Source: an uncultured Candidatus Saccharibacteria bacterium
GTDB lineage: Bacteria > Patescibacteriota > Minisyncoccia > Phycocordibacterales > UBA9973
DNA length: 56,400 nt
Direction of reading: 5' to 3'
Assembly (NCBI GenBank): GCA_964602465.1
Contig: CAZRQQ010000002.1
Coordinates: 1-56,400 of the forward strand
The notes beneath the pieces were generated by a model, which had not been told where the DNA came from, searched no databases, and saw only the letters and a program-made list of their open reading frames with translations. This document shows, piece after piece, positions 44,768 through 54,667 of the stretch. The translations under genes and the position numbers were made by a program. Each line of letters starts with the position of its first letter. The first letter of the stretch is position 1.

Positions 44768-46492
44768 ATGAAATGGCTCAATGAACAGAGTAAATTATTT
44801 TTAGCAAAAGGATATCTCGCAAAAGGAGTAACCGCTGAGGAAAGAATACGTGAGATCGCAAACGTAGCAGAACGTATTCTTAACAAAGAGGGTTTTGCAG
44901 ATAAATTTTATGCATACATGTCAGAGGGATACTATTCTCTCGCATCTCCTGTCTGGTCAAATTTCGGACTAACTAAAGGTTTTCCTATCAGTTGTTTTTC
45001 TTCTTATGTTGGAGATGACATGGGGCAGATACTTTTTACCGAAGCAGAAGTTGGTATGATGAGTAAATATGGCGGAGGTACTGCTGGTTATTTTGGTGAT
45101 CTGCGTCCTCGTGGAGCGAGTATTAAAGATAATGGTATTTCTTCTGGAGCGGTTCATTTTATGAGACTTTTTGAAACAATGGTAAATGTTGTAAGTCAGG
45201 GTTCTGTCAGGCGTGGTCATTTTGCTCCATATCTGCCACTAGAACACAAAGACATTCACGAGTTTTTAGAAATCGGCACAGAAGGAAATCCTATCCAAGA
45301 ATTGACCTATGGTGTTACTGTTACGGATAAATGGCTAAATGATATGATCGATGGAGATCAAGAAAAAAGAGATATTTGGGCGAAAGTATTACAAAGAAGA
45401 AGCCAGATAGGATATCCATATATTTTATTTACTGATACTGTGAACAGAAACACGGTAGATGTTTACAAAGACAAAAATCTAAAGATACACGCAAGTAACT
45501 TATGCTCGGAAATATTACTTCCTTCTAATGAAAATTGGTCAGTTGTTTGTGATCTTTCCTCTATGAATCTTCTTTATTATAATGAATGGAAAGACACAGA
45601 TGCAGTAGAGACACTTGTTTATTTTTTAGATGCAGTAATGAGCGATTTTATTAGTAGATTGGAAGATTTTCGCGACAGTGGAGAAACGCATAAAAAACAA
45701 GCATTTCTTTTCATGGAACGTGCATACAATTTCGCAAAAGCAAACCGAGCACTGGGTCTTGGTGTCCTTGGATGGCACTCTCTTTTGCAAAGCAAAATGA
45801 TTCCTCTTGGAAGTACCGAGGCGAATGATCTTAATAAAGAAATATTTAAAGATCTTCATGATCAGTGCTATGCTGCTTCAGAAAAACTTGCAAAGGAATA
45901 CGGTGAACCAGAAATACTTGTAGGATACGGTAGAAGGAACACGACACTCCTTGCTGTTGCTCCTACAACTTCTTCTGCTTTTATCTTAGGACAAGTATCT
46001 CAGAGTATAGAACCTTTGTGGTCAAACTGTTATGTCAAAGATATTGATAAAATGAAAATCACTATTAAAAACCCTTTACTTGAAAAACTTTTAGAAGAAA
46101 AAGGTCTAAATACCAGAGAGATTTGGCAAGGCATAAGAGAAAATGACGGTTCAGTACAACATCTTTCAGAAATTACAGATAAAGAGAAAGAGATTTTTAA
46201 AACATTTGCTGAGATTGACCAAAAAGTAATTATTGAACAGGCTGCTGAAAGACAAAAATACATAGATCAAGGACAATCGCTTAATCTCATGATCGATCCT
46301 TCAATTCCAGCAAAAGAAGTAAATGCTTTATATCTTCATGCATGGAAGCGTGGTATCAAAACATTTTATTATCAACACAGCATGAATGCTGCTCAGCAGT
46401 TTGGGCGTAAAAAACTTAAAGAAGTTAATTTAAAACAAAAAGAGGTCGATCAAGATGAATCTAAAAATGTATGCATTTCGTGCGAAGCATAA
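44768..46492 (+). CDS. nrdA: class I ribonucleotide reductase alpha subunit (short, no ATP-cone)
   Basis: Active-site NLCSEILLP motif. C-terminal Cys pair (CISC). 574 aa. Confidence 0.8.
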   Translation: MKWLNEQSKLFLAKGYLAKGVTAEERIREIANVAERILNKEGFADKFYAYMSEGYYSLASPVWSNFGLTKGFPISCFSSYVGDDMGQILFTEAEVGMMSKYGGGTAGYFGDLRPRGASIKDNGISSGAVHFMRLFETMVNVVSQGSVRRGHFAPYLPLEHKDIHEFLEIGTEGNPIQELTYGVTVTDKWLNDMIDGDQEKRDIWAKVLQRRSQIGYPYILFTDTVNRNTVDVYKDKNLKIHASNLCSEILLPSNENWSVVCDLSSMNLLYYNEWKDTDAVETLVYFLDAVMSDFISRLEDFRDSGETHKKQAFLFMERAYNFAKANRALGLGVLGWHSLLQSKMIPLGSTEANDLNKEIFKDLHDQCYAASEKLAKEYGEPEILVGYGRRNTTLLAVAPTTSSAFILGQVSQSIEPLWSNCYVKDIDKMKITIKNPLLEKLLEEKGLNTREIWQGIRENDGSVQHLSEITDKEKEIFKTFAEIDQKVIIEQAAERQKYIDQGQSLNLMIDPSIPAKEVNALYLHAWKRGIKTFYYQHSMNAAQQFGRKKLKEVNLKQKEVDQDESKNVCISCEA

Positions 46493-46497
46493 AACTA

Positions 46498-46895
46498 TGG
46501 AAAAACACATTGAAGAATTCATACTATCCGCTGAAGCTAAAGCTTTGGCGACACATTCGAACGATAATATAAATGTCGTTCCTGTTTCCTCGATTAAAGT
46601 AATGGGAGGTAAAATTTGGCTTATCAATTATTTTATGGATAAGACACTCGCTAATATATTAGAAAATAAAAGCGTGGCACTTGTATGCTGGAGAAAGATG
46701 ATGGGGTATCAAATAAAAGGAATAGTATCTTATGTTACTTCCGGGCAAGACTTTGATGAAGCTGCAAAATGGATAAAATCAATATTACCGGATAGAGTTG
46801 TTAAGGGGTTGATAATTCTTACCCCTAATGAAATACACGACATATCTCCGACAAAAGACACCAAAGAAAAAATCTCAGCTGAACAAAATCTTTGA
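46498..46895 (+). CDS. pyridoxamine 5'-phosphate oxidase-like FMN-binding split-barrel protein (start at MEKHIEEF)
   Basis: Size, and a split-barrel-like pattern with an N-terminal V.VVPV and a GK.W motif. The ORF-track start at 46455 overlaps nrdA. Confidence 0.5.
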
Positions 46896-46948
46896 TGAAG
46901 CCCAACACTAATCTCTATTAATTTATTATCTCACTAAACAATAGATAA

Positions 46949-47407
46949 CTACTTATCCATAAGTATAATTTTTTTATTCGCCAAACAGATTTTACTCTTC
47001 AAGCACCCAAGCAATTCTCGTTTTTCAATATCGTCTCCTTCTTTCAGTATATACTTTGCGTATCCTCGTATATCAATATCAGGGATACTAATTTTTTCTT
47101 TAGTTCCTACTAGAAACTTTTGCATTTTAGAAAAGCGTTCAACATCTTCTTTTATCTTTTCTTTGATTTGGATCTCATTGAGATTTACATTTTCGATAAG
47201 TAATTGAAATTGCTTCAATAATTCTTTCTCTTCAATAGCACCACACTTACAATCTGGATCTCTGGCTCTTGTGCATCTATAGTAAACATAACGATGTACA
47301 TTTCCATTCTTCTGCTTCTTAAATTTCTCGTCAGCGGTGATGCCTGACTCGCACAGTCCGCAAGTCATCATTTTAGTGAAAGCAAATTCTTTGTTTTCAA
47401 CTCTCAA
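46949..47407 (-). pseudogene. truncated large serine recombinase (C-terminal zinc-ribbon + coiled-coil portion only)
   Basis: CGLCESGITADEKFKKQKNGNVHRYVYYRCTRARDPDCKCGAIEEKELL is the recombinase zinc beta-ribbon domain. The N-terminal resolvase and recombinase domains are absent. Confidence 0.6.
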
Positions 47408-47514
47408 GACATTACTTTTAATCTGCTCTTGAACCGATTATTCTTGGGAAGCACGAACAAGCCGCTCTAGAAGCGGTTACTGGCGGCGAGTGGAAAAAGT
47501 ATACTCGAGTCGCT

Positions 47515-48240
47515 ATGGCTGCACTTGGCGGTATCCCCTGGGTGGGAAGCGTTCTAAGTGCGGCTGCAACACTTTCTGCTGAAAACGAACAAGGCAAAAC
47601 GAATCAAATAATGTTTTTGTGGGTGCAGGAACACGAACAAAAATTCAAAGAGCTAGGAGTGACCTTGAATGGTATTTTTGAGAGATTTAGTTCGTTTGGA
47701 GATGAAGTAAATGCAAGATTGGAATCAACTGAGTACCTCACTCTTGTTAGAAAAACTTTCCGACTATGGGATCAGGCAGAAACACATGAAAAGAAGGAAA
47801 TGTTCAAAAAGTTGATTACTAATTCAGGGGTGATTACTTTGGCCCAAGATGATCTTGTCAGACTCTTTCTGGAATGGATTGAAAAATATCACGAGTTCCA
47901 TTTTGCTGTAATCAGAGAAATCTATACGACTCGCGGTATCACTCGTGGTGGCATTTGGGAAAGAATCAGAGGAGAAGAACCTCGGGAAGATTCAGCAGAA
48001 ACAGACTTGTTCAAATTACTTATACGCGACCTAAGTACGGGCGGCGTAATTCGTCAGGAGAAAGAAACCAATTCCCTAGGACAATTTGTAAGAAAGACTC
48101 GTTCAAAAGGAACTAGTCGTAGTTCTGTGTATGAGTCAGCATTTGAAGACACTAAACCATATGTTTTGACTGAATTAGGAGCGCAGTTTCTTCATTACGT
48201 TATGGAGGATATTGCACCTCAAATAGGAAGTGGAAGCTAA
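47515..48240 (+). CDS. hypothetical protein
   Basis: 241-aa ORF. No recognisable domain. Confidence 0.4.
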   Translation: MAALGGIPWVGSVLSAAATLSAENEQGKTNQIMFLWVQEHEQKFKELGVTLNGIFERFSSFGDEVNARLESTEYLTLVRKTFRLWDQAETHEKKEMFKKLITNSGVITLAQDDLVRLFLEWIEKYHEFHFAVIREIYTTRGITRGGIWERIRGEEPREDSAETDLFKLLIRDLSTGGVIRQEKETNSLGQFVRKTRSKGTSRSSVYESAFEDTKPYVLTELGAQFLHYVMEDIAPQIGSGS

Positions 48241-48249
48241 AAAGTAATT

Positions 48250-48579
48250 ATGAAAAATAACGCACATCTCGGAGAGACAAAAGAACAGAGATTAAAAAGG
48301 TTTAATGAAAATGGTCCGTATGAAGTGATAGCTACTATCACTAATTCAATGGCTAATCATTTAGTAAATGAATTGCGAACCGTTTTTTATAATCCACCAA
48401 ATTATCAAACATCGCTGATGTTTCTAGGTACTCATTCAATTGCTCTTACTATTGCTCATGGTTTCTGGAACAAGGGAGGAGAAAATGGATACAAGCTTTT
48501 CTTAGAACACTTTATAAGGGTATATAAGAACCGTTTACTTTTTTCTAACAGGCGTTACAATACGAGCATTATTATCTAA
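48250..48579 (+). CDS. hypothetical protein
   Basis: 109-aa ORF. No recognisable domain. Confidence 0.35.
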   Translation: MKNNAHLGETKEQRLKRFNENGPYEVIATITNSMANHLVNELRTVFYNPPNYQTSLMFLGTHSIALTIAHGFWNKGGENGYKLFLEHFIRVYKNRLLFSNRRYNTSIII

Positions 48580-51500
48580 ATGGGGCAAACCCGTATGTTT
48601 ATGAACAACCGAAAAGCGCGACAAACACTTCTTACAATCATCTCTACTTTTACGAAAAAGCTAGCGTTATCGACGCTAGCTTTTTCGCTTCTTTTTGGAT
48701 CAGTACCATTTGCATTTGCACAAGAGGTGTCTGAGTCTCAAAATACACCACTAACTGAATCTACAGAAACACCATCATCCACAATACCAACAGGAGATGG
48801 GAGTACTTCTTCAGGGCAATTGCTCCCATCTACAACAGATCAAACCGATACTGTAATTTCTCCTGAAAATATTCAACCCGCAATTGCCCTTGCGGGGCAA
48901 TCCGGGGTCGGTAATGCCGGCACTACTCCAGACAACGATGTGACTGGATTGACACACCAGCAACTCCCTAATGTAAACGATAGTGGTATCCTCTCGTATA
49001 ACTACCCCTTGACCATTGCGCCTGGACGACTAGGACTAACACCCAGTCTTTCGCTTTCTTATAACAACAGAAACCGTGACGACGGCGTCTTTGGTGTTGG
49101 TTGGTCACTTTCTATTCCATACATCGAACGAACCAACAAAAAAGGTATTGATACTACCTATACCGATAACTACTTTAGTTCAAGCCAAGCAGGAGAACTT
49201 GCCCTTGTTTCGGGTACGACGTATGCCCCACGTGTAGAAAATGGTGAATTTTCAAGTTACGATTTCGACGGAACGAAATGGACTGTTGTTGATAAAAAGG
49301 GTGTTACCTATAAATACGGTGTACAAGCTGCAACTCGCCAGGATGACCCGGGTAATGCAAGTAGAGTATATCGATGGTATCTCGAAGAAGTCCGAGATAC
49401 AAACAACAACTACATCACCTATGAATACTACAAAGATGCAGGACAGATTTATCCTTTAAAAATCACATATACAGGTAACGGGGTTACAGCGGGTGTCCTT
49501 ACAGTACATTTTGTCCGAACTGCACGAACAAATCCAATCATTTCATATGCTACTGGTTTTGGGGTAATAACAAACTATCAAATCACAGAAGTTCGTAATG
49601 AAATAAACAGTGTTTGGACGAGAAAGTATACACTCGCATATACGACTGCAGACAATACAAAAAATCTCCTGATCAATACAATCACTGAATCTGGACAGGA
49701 TGAGAGTGCGGTTGTCACAACACTTCCTGCAACTGACTTTGATTACAAAACATCAGATCCGAACTGGACGTATAACTCTACATACAATCTCCCAGAGACC
49801 TTCTATACAACGAGCGGTAAAGATAGAGGGCTTCGTATTGATGACATGACAGGAGACGGCATGGCTGACATTACCTGTCATAATGGCGCCTCAACAGGAA
49901 ACTGCGCCCAAACAGGAGCAATTTCTTGGAAAAACAATGGCGCTGGGTGGACTGCACTAGGACCATGGGATTACCCATCAATGGGAGGTGTACCGTTCAT
50001 GACCACTGAACGATTTACTGATAGCACATATGCAGATGCTGGGCTTCGAATCTTTGATGTAAACGGTGATGGAATGGCCGATTTGGTACGATCTGATGGT
50101 ACGAGTGGGACTGGTCCATATGTCTATCTCGCCAACGGCACAAATGGTTGGACATATTCGTCAACATGGAATTTCCCTCCGATTAACTTTGTAACAAATG
50201 GTGCCGACAATGGTATGCGTATCGCAGACATCAACGGCGACGGCTTGCCAGATGTGGTGTGTGCCGCTCGAGGAAATAGCTGTGCCGGAAATAGTGGAAT
50301 GATCTGGATAAATACAGGATCAGGGTTTGTAGATAAAACAACATCATGGTCAATGCCAAAGATTGGCGGAGATCCACTTGCTCAAAGTGAAGCATTTACC
50401 GACAGTAGTTTCCAAGACCTGTCACTCCGATTGCTCGATGTAAACGGTGACGGACTTGCTGATTTGGTACGAGCATCACAAAGTGCACTTTATACGTATC
50501 TCAATAATGGTGTAAACGGATGGATATATACTGCAAGTTGGAATATGCCGATCCCGTTCTACGACAGTGCAAACAATGATTATGGTGTTCGAATGGCTGA
50601 TATCAATGGTGATAATCTTCCAGATATTCTCTGCCATACTGCAAATGCAGGTGCAAGTAACTGTAGTCAACTAGGTCCTGTGTTTTATATCAACACTGGT
50701 TCAGGTTGGGTAGGAGCAAGTTGGAACTTCCCGAATATCGGTGGCATTGTTACCAATAATACGGAAGCATTTACTTCACCTTCATACCAGGATACCTCAC
50801 TCCGTATTGTTGATATAAACGGTGACGGACTCAGTGACCTGGTACGAGGAGCAGACGGTTTTCTATATACCTATATCAATAACAATAGTGTAAAGGCCGA
50901 TCAGCTTACTAAGATAACCTATCCATCTGGTGGCTCAAGTACTATCACGTACAAACCAGCGCAGTTTTATCGAGACGGATCAAACAATGCGCTCAACCCA
51001 AAACTTCCGATGGTACTTGATGTGGTTTCGCAGATAGTGACCGATGATGCATTTGGTGGTACCGCTCAGACGACAAGCTATACCTATGAAAAAGGGTTAT
51101 ACTACACCGCAGCAGTCAATGATCGAAAGTTTGCAGGATTTAATATTGTCACTAAAACTGACGGTGCAGGTAATATCACAAAAACATACTATCACCAAGC
51201 AGATACCACGGACACCTCACTCGGTGAATACAATGATGAGTTCTCTAAGATCGGAAAAGTGTATCGAGTTGAGCAGTATGATAATGCGGGCAATCTCTAT
51301 CTAGTCACTGTAAACAAATGGGATAAATACAATCAAGCAACCGATCGTGACTTTGTGAAGCTTGCTCGACAAACAACACTTGCCTATGACGGTAATGGAA
51401 CGCACAAGGATACCGCAACGGAGTACACCTATGACAACACGAACGGTTCAATATTAACTCAAACTGAATGGGGCGAAGTGGCTGGAGCGACCGATGGATC

Positions 51501-54500
51501 ATTTAGTGATACAGGAACTGACAAACGTGTGACCACAAATCTATATGCAACCAATGGTACCACCAAAGTTGTCGCTGTCTACAACAGTACTGTTACTGAT
51601 CAGTCGGCAGCAAAAGTACGAGAGGATAAGTACTACTACGATACACTCGCGTATGGCTCAGTATCTAAGGGTAATCAAACTAAGAATGAAAAATGGAAGA
51701 CAGCAAGCACCTATGTCAATACTCAGAAAACATATAATGCAACCTACGGAAATGTTGCAACAGAAACTGACGAACGTGGTAAGGTAACGACCTATACGAC
51801 GTATGATACGTATAATCTGTATCCAATTACTATCACCAATCCGCTCTCACAGACTACGCAATATCTCTATGACTACTCGCTTGGTAAACCAAAACAAGTC
51901 ACCGATCAAAATGGATTTGTCTACAAGACTACCTATGACGGACTCGATCGTGTAAAACTCATTCAAATTCCTGATTTCACTACACCCTACAGCGCTATAA
52001 CGAAAACTTCGTATACGTACACTGATACGTCGGGTGCGGTGCGTATCCAAAAAAGTGATTACCTCGATGGTACTGTGATTGCAGATACCTATCAGTACCT
52101 CGATGGTCTCAATCGCATCATTCAAGAACGCAAGAAGTCAGAAACATCGCCGACCTATAACATCACAAACACGATGTACAACAGTGTTGGATTGGTGCTC
52201 AAGCGTTCAATTCCACACACAGGTACCGGTGCATCACGAAGCACTCCTTCAGCGACAACATATCTCTACATCAACTACACGTATGATCCTCTCCAACGCG
52301 TGCTCACTCAGTCGGATGCGATTGGTACTACAACCTATGCATATGATGACTGGAAGACGACGGTTACCGATCGTAACGGCAAGGTCAAGAAGTACTATAC
52401 CGATGCCTACAATAATCTCATAAAAGTTGATGAGATCAATGGCGCTTCAACGTATACCACCAACTATGAGTGGAACCTCAACGCAAAGCTTACCAAAGTC
52501 ACCGATGCATCAAGCAACATCCGTAACTTCACCTATGACGGTCTCGGCCGACGCCTTACAGCACAAGATCTTCACGCTTCAGCAGATGCGACATTTGGTA
52601 CTTGGACGTATACCTACGATGATGCAGGAAACTTGACCCAGACTATTAGTCCTCGATCGCTCACGACCAATTACACCTACAACGATATCAATCAACAACT
52701 CACCGAAGATACGACTGGTGTGGCAGGAACGGAAATCACGTATACGTATGGCGGTTGCACAAACGGTACTGGAAAACTCTGTACAGTTACAATGACAAGC
52801 GGCGCAAACACGTCATACACATATGATTCAAATGGCAACCTTGCAAGCGAGATCAAGACGGTCAATAGCAATGCGTACACAACGTCATATACCTACGATC
52901 GACAAGGAAATATCGTTACAGTTACTTATCCTGATGGTGCACAAGTAAAATACACCTATAACGTTGAAAATCTCCCTGAAAAGATTGAACGAAAGGAAAG
53001 CGGTGGTGCATTCACAAATGTGATCTCAAACTTCGATTACAACGCAGCAAGCCTCATCACAACCCAAGCCTATCCAAATACTGTTACAACGACAAACACC
53101 TACGATCAGGCGAAGCTCTACAGAATGACTCGTCGTCTGACGCAAAATACAGTACCCACTAAAATGCTCGATCTTAACTACACCTACGATAATGAAGGAA
53201 ATATTACCCAGGTAATTGATTCGTCAAATACAACTACTTCGAAGACTGCTAACTATGCCTATGACGATGTATATCGTATGTTATCGGCAACGATAACGAC
53301 AGTGTCATCAGGAACGACTGCATATACGCACACTTACACGTATGATGCACTCGGCAATATTCTCACAGGTCCAATTGGTACTTACCTCTACCAAGGAAAC
53401 ACAGGAGTGCTCACTGCAAACCCTCATGCGGCAACCTCGATCAATGGGGTCACCTACACGTACGATGCAGATGGTAATCTCACCAGCAACGGTACGCTTG
53501 CAAATACATGGAACTATAAAGACCAGCTCACACAGACTGTAGTCGGAGGTGTAACGATCAACGATTACTATGACCACAACAGTGATCGTGTCTGGCACAA
53601 GGTCGGTACGGCAAACAACTACTATCCAAACAAGTACTACAATGTTGATTCAACAGGAAAGAAGACCAAGCAGATCTACGCAGGCGATCAACTTGTTGCA
53701 ACAGTTGAAACGGTTGGTACTACCGTCACTCCGTACTACAACCATGTTGATCAGGTCAACTCTGTGACTGCGGTGACAAACGGCACAGGCGCATCGGTTG
53801 CAACGCTCGACTACTTCCCGTACGGTAACCAGCGTATCTCAAGTGGTACGTATACTTCACAACGACAGTACATTGGACAGGTTTATGACACCAATGCACA
53901 GCTCAACTATCTCAATGCGCGATATCTCAAATCTAATATTGGAAAGTTCATTAGTGAAGATCCAATGTTCTGGAGTATGACTGATACTGCACTCAGAAAT
54001 CCTCAATATACAAACTCATATTCATATGGAAATAATAATCCGATCACTCTAAGTGATCCAACAGGTAAATGCATCTGGGACGGTTGTATCGCAGAAGGAA
54101 TGCTCCTAGCAGCGGCTACTCAAGCTATTGCACCACTTCTGACGACTGCTTATGTTACTGATTATGTTGGGACACAGTTAAATCCCACTGTTTCTACATC
54201 AGTGAAGTCACAGGCAAATAAGCAAGCTCTAGATGCTCTTGCCTTAGGAGTCGGGATTTCTATAAGTATGCCAAATGCAAACTTCTCTAGGGTAGCTCCA
54301 TCAGTAGCTCCTTCTACGTCTCGAGCATCAGTTCTACAAGCAAACAAAGCAGCTGGTGCTGCATTTGAAACTAGCGAACTAAAAGCTATTACTAAATCAT
54401 TTCCAGTAACTCAAACTCAGTTGACCATCAAAACACCGAGCGGTATTACTACTAGAATGGATATTATAGCTAGAGATTCTTTGGGAAATATTTGTCTATT

Positions 54501-54666
54501 CGAGTGTAAGTCATCTATTACAGCTCCTCTAACAAAAAACCAGTCTCTCGCATTTCCGGAAATACAAAAATCTGGAGGAATGATTATGGGAAATGGTAAG
54601 CCTGGATTTCCTGGCAATACGTTAATCCCTCCTACAAGAGTTAATATATTAAGACCTGTAAAATAA
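48580..54666 (+). CDS. secreted RHS-repeat polymorphic toxin of Tc-toxin BC-like architecture (SpvB-like region, FG-GAP repeats, YD/RHS shell, RHS core with DPxG, variable C-terminal toxin domain)
   Basis: Signal peptide. SpvB-like segment GVFGVGWSLSIPYIERT. Five FG-GAP-like repeats (D(V/I)NGDG.(A/P)D(L/V)V). Many YD repeats (YTYD..GN). RHS core ...ARYLKSNIGKFISEDP. DPTG at 54054-54065 followed by a ~200-aa AT-rich tail. Confidence 0.85.
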   Translation: MGQTRMFMNNRKARQTLLTIISTFTKKLALSTLAFSLLFGSVPFAFAQEVSESQNTPLTESTETPSSTIPTGDGSTSSGQLLPSTTDQTDTVISPENIQPAIALAGQSGVGNAGTTPDNDVTGLTHQQLPNVNDSGILSYNYPLTIAPGRLGLTPSLSLSYNNRNRDDGVFGVGWSLSIPYIERTNKKGIDTTYTDNYFSSSQAGELALVSGTTYAPRVENGEFSSYDFDGTKWTVVDKKGVTYKYGVQAATRQDDPGNASRVYRWYLEEVRDTNNNYITYEYYKDAGQIYPLKITYTGNGVTAGVLTVHFVRTARTNPIISYATGFGVITNYQITEVRNEINSVWTRKYTLAYTTADNTKNLLINTITESGQDESAVVTTLPATDFDYKTSDPNWTYNSTYNLPETFYTTSGKDRGLRIDDMTGDGMADITCHNGASTGNCAQTGAISWKNNGAGWTALGPWDYPSMGGVPFMTTERFTDSTYADAGLRIFDVNGDGMADLVRSDGTSGTGPYVYLANGTNGWTYSSTWNFPPINFVTNGADNGMRIADINGDGLPDVVCAARGNSCAGNSGMIWINTGSGFVDKTTSWSMPKIGGDPLAQSEAFTDSSFQDLSLRLLDVNGDGLADLVRASQSALYTYLNNGVNGWIYTASWNMPIPFYDSANNDYGVRMADINGDNLPDILCHTANAGASNCSQLGPVFYINTGSGWVGASWNFPNIGGIVTNNTEAFTSPSYQDTSLRIVDINGDGLSDLVRGADGFLYTYINNNSVKADQLTKITYPSGGSSTITYKPAQFYRDGSNNALNPKLPMVLDVVSQIVTDDAFGGTAQTTSYTYEKGLYYTAAVNDRKFAGFNIVTKTDGAGNITKTYYHQADTTDTSLGEYNDEFSKIGKVYRVEQYDNAGNLYLVTVNKWDKYNQATDRDFVKLARQTTLAYDGNGTHKDTATEYTYDNTNGSILTQTEWGEVAGATDGSFSDTGTDKRVTTNLYATNGTTKVVAVYNSTVTDQSAAKVREDKYYYDTLAYGSVSKGNQTKNEKWKTASTYVNTQKTYNATYGNVATETDERGKVTTYTTYDTYNLYPITITNPLSQTTQYLYDYSLGKPKQVTDQNGFVYKTTYDGLDRVKLIQIPDFTTPYSAITKTSYTYTDTSGAVRIQKSDYLDGTVIADTYQYLDGLNRIIQERKKSETSPTYNITNTMYNSVGLVLKRSIPHTGTGASRSTPSATTYLYINYTYDPLQRVLTQSDAIGTTTYAYDDWKTTVTDRNGKVKKYYTDAYNNLIKVDEINGASTYTTNYEWNLNAKLTKVTDASSNIRNFTYDGLGRRLTAQDLHASADATFGTWTYTYDDAGNLTQTISPRSLTTNYTYNDINQQLTEDTTGVAGTEITYTYGGCTNGTGKLCTVTMTSGANTSYTYDSNGNLASEIKTVNSNAYTTSYTYDRQGNIVTVTYPDGAQVKYTYNVENLPEKIERKESGGAFTNVISNFDYNAASLITTQAYPNTVTTTNTYDQAKLYRMTRRLTQNTVPTKMLDLNYTYDNEGNITQVIDSSNTTTSKTANYAYDDVYRMLSATITTVSSGTTAYTHTYTYDALGNILTGPIGTYLYQGNTGVLTANPHAATSINGVTYTYDADGNLTSNGTLANTWNYKDQLTQTVVGGVTINDYYDHNSDRVWHKVGTANNYYPNKYYNVDSTGKKTKQIYAGDQLVATVETVGTTVTPYYNHVDQVNSVTAVTNGTGASVATLDYFPYGNQRISSGTYTSQRQYIGQVYDTNAQLNYLNARYLKSNIGKFISEDPMFWSMTDTALRNPQYTNSYSYGNNNPITLSDPTGKCIWDGCIAEGMLLAAATQAIAPLLTTAYVTDYVGTQLNPTVSTSVKSQANKQALDALALGVGISISMPNANFSRVAPSVAPSTSRASVLQANKAAGAAFETSELKAITKSFPVTQTQLTIKTPSGITTRMDIIARDSLGNICLFECKSSITAPLTKNQSLAFPEIQKSGGMIMGNGKPGFPGNTLIPPTRVNILRPVK

Positions 54667-54667
54667 T

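Noticed and set aside
46455-46497. Upstream start of the PNPOx-like ORF overlapping the end of nrdA
   Set aside because: A 38-nt overlap with nrdA in another frame is unnecessary. MEKHIEEF at 46498 gives a non-overlapping gene.
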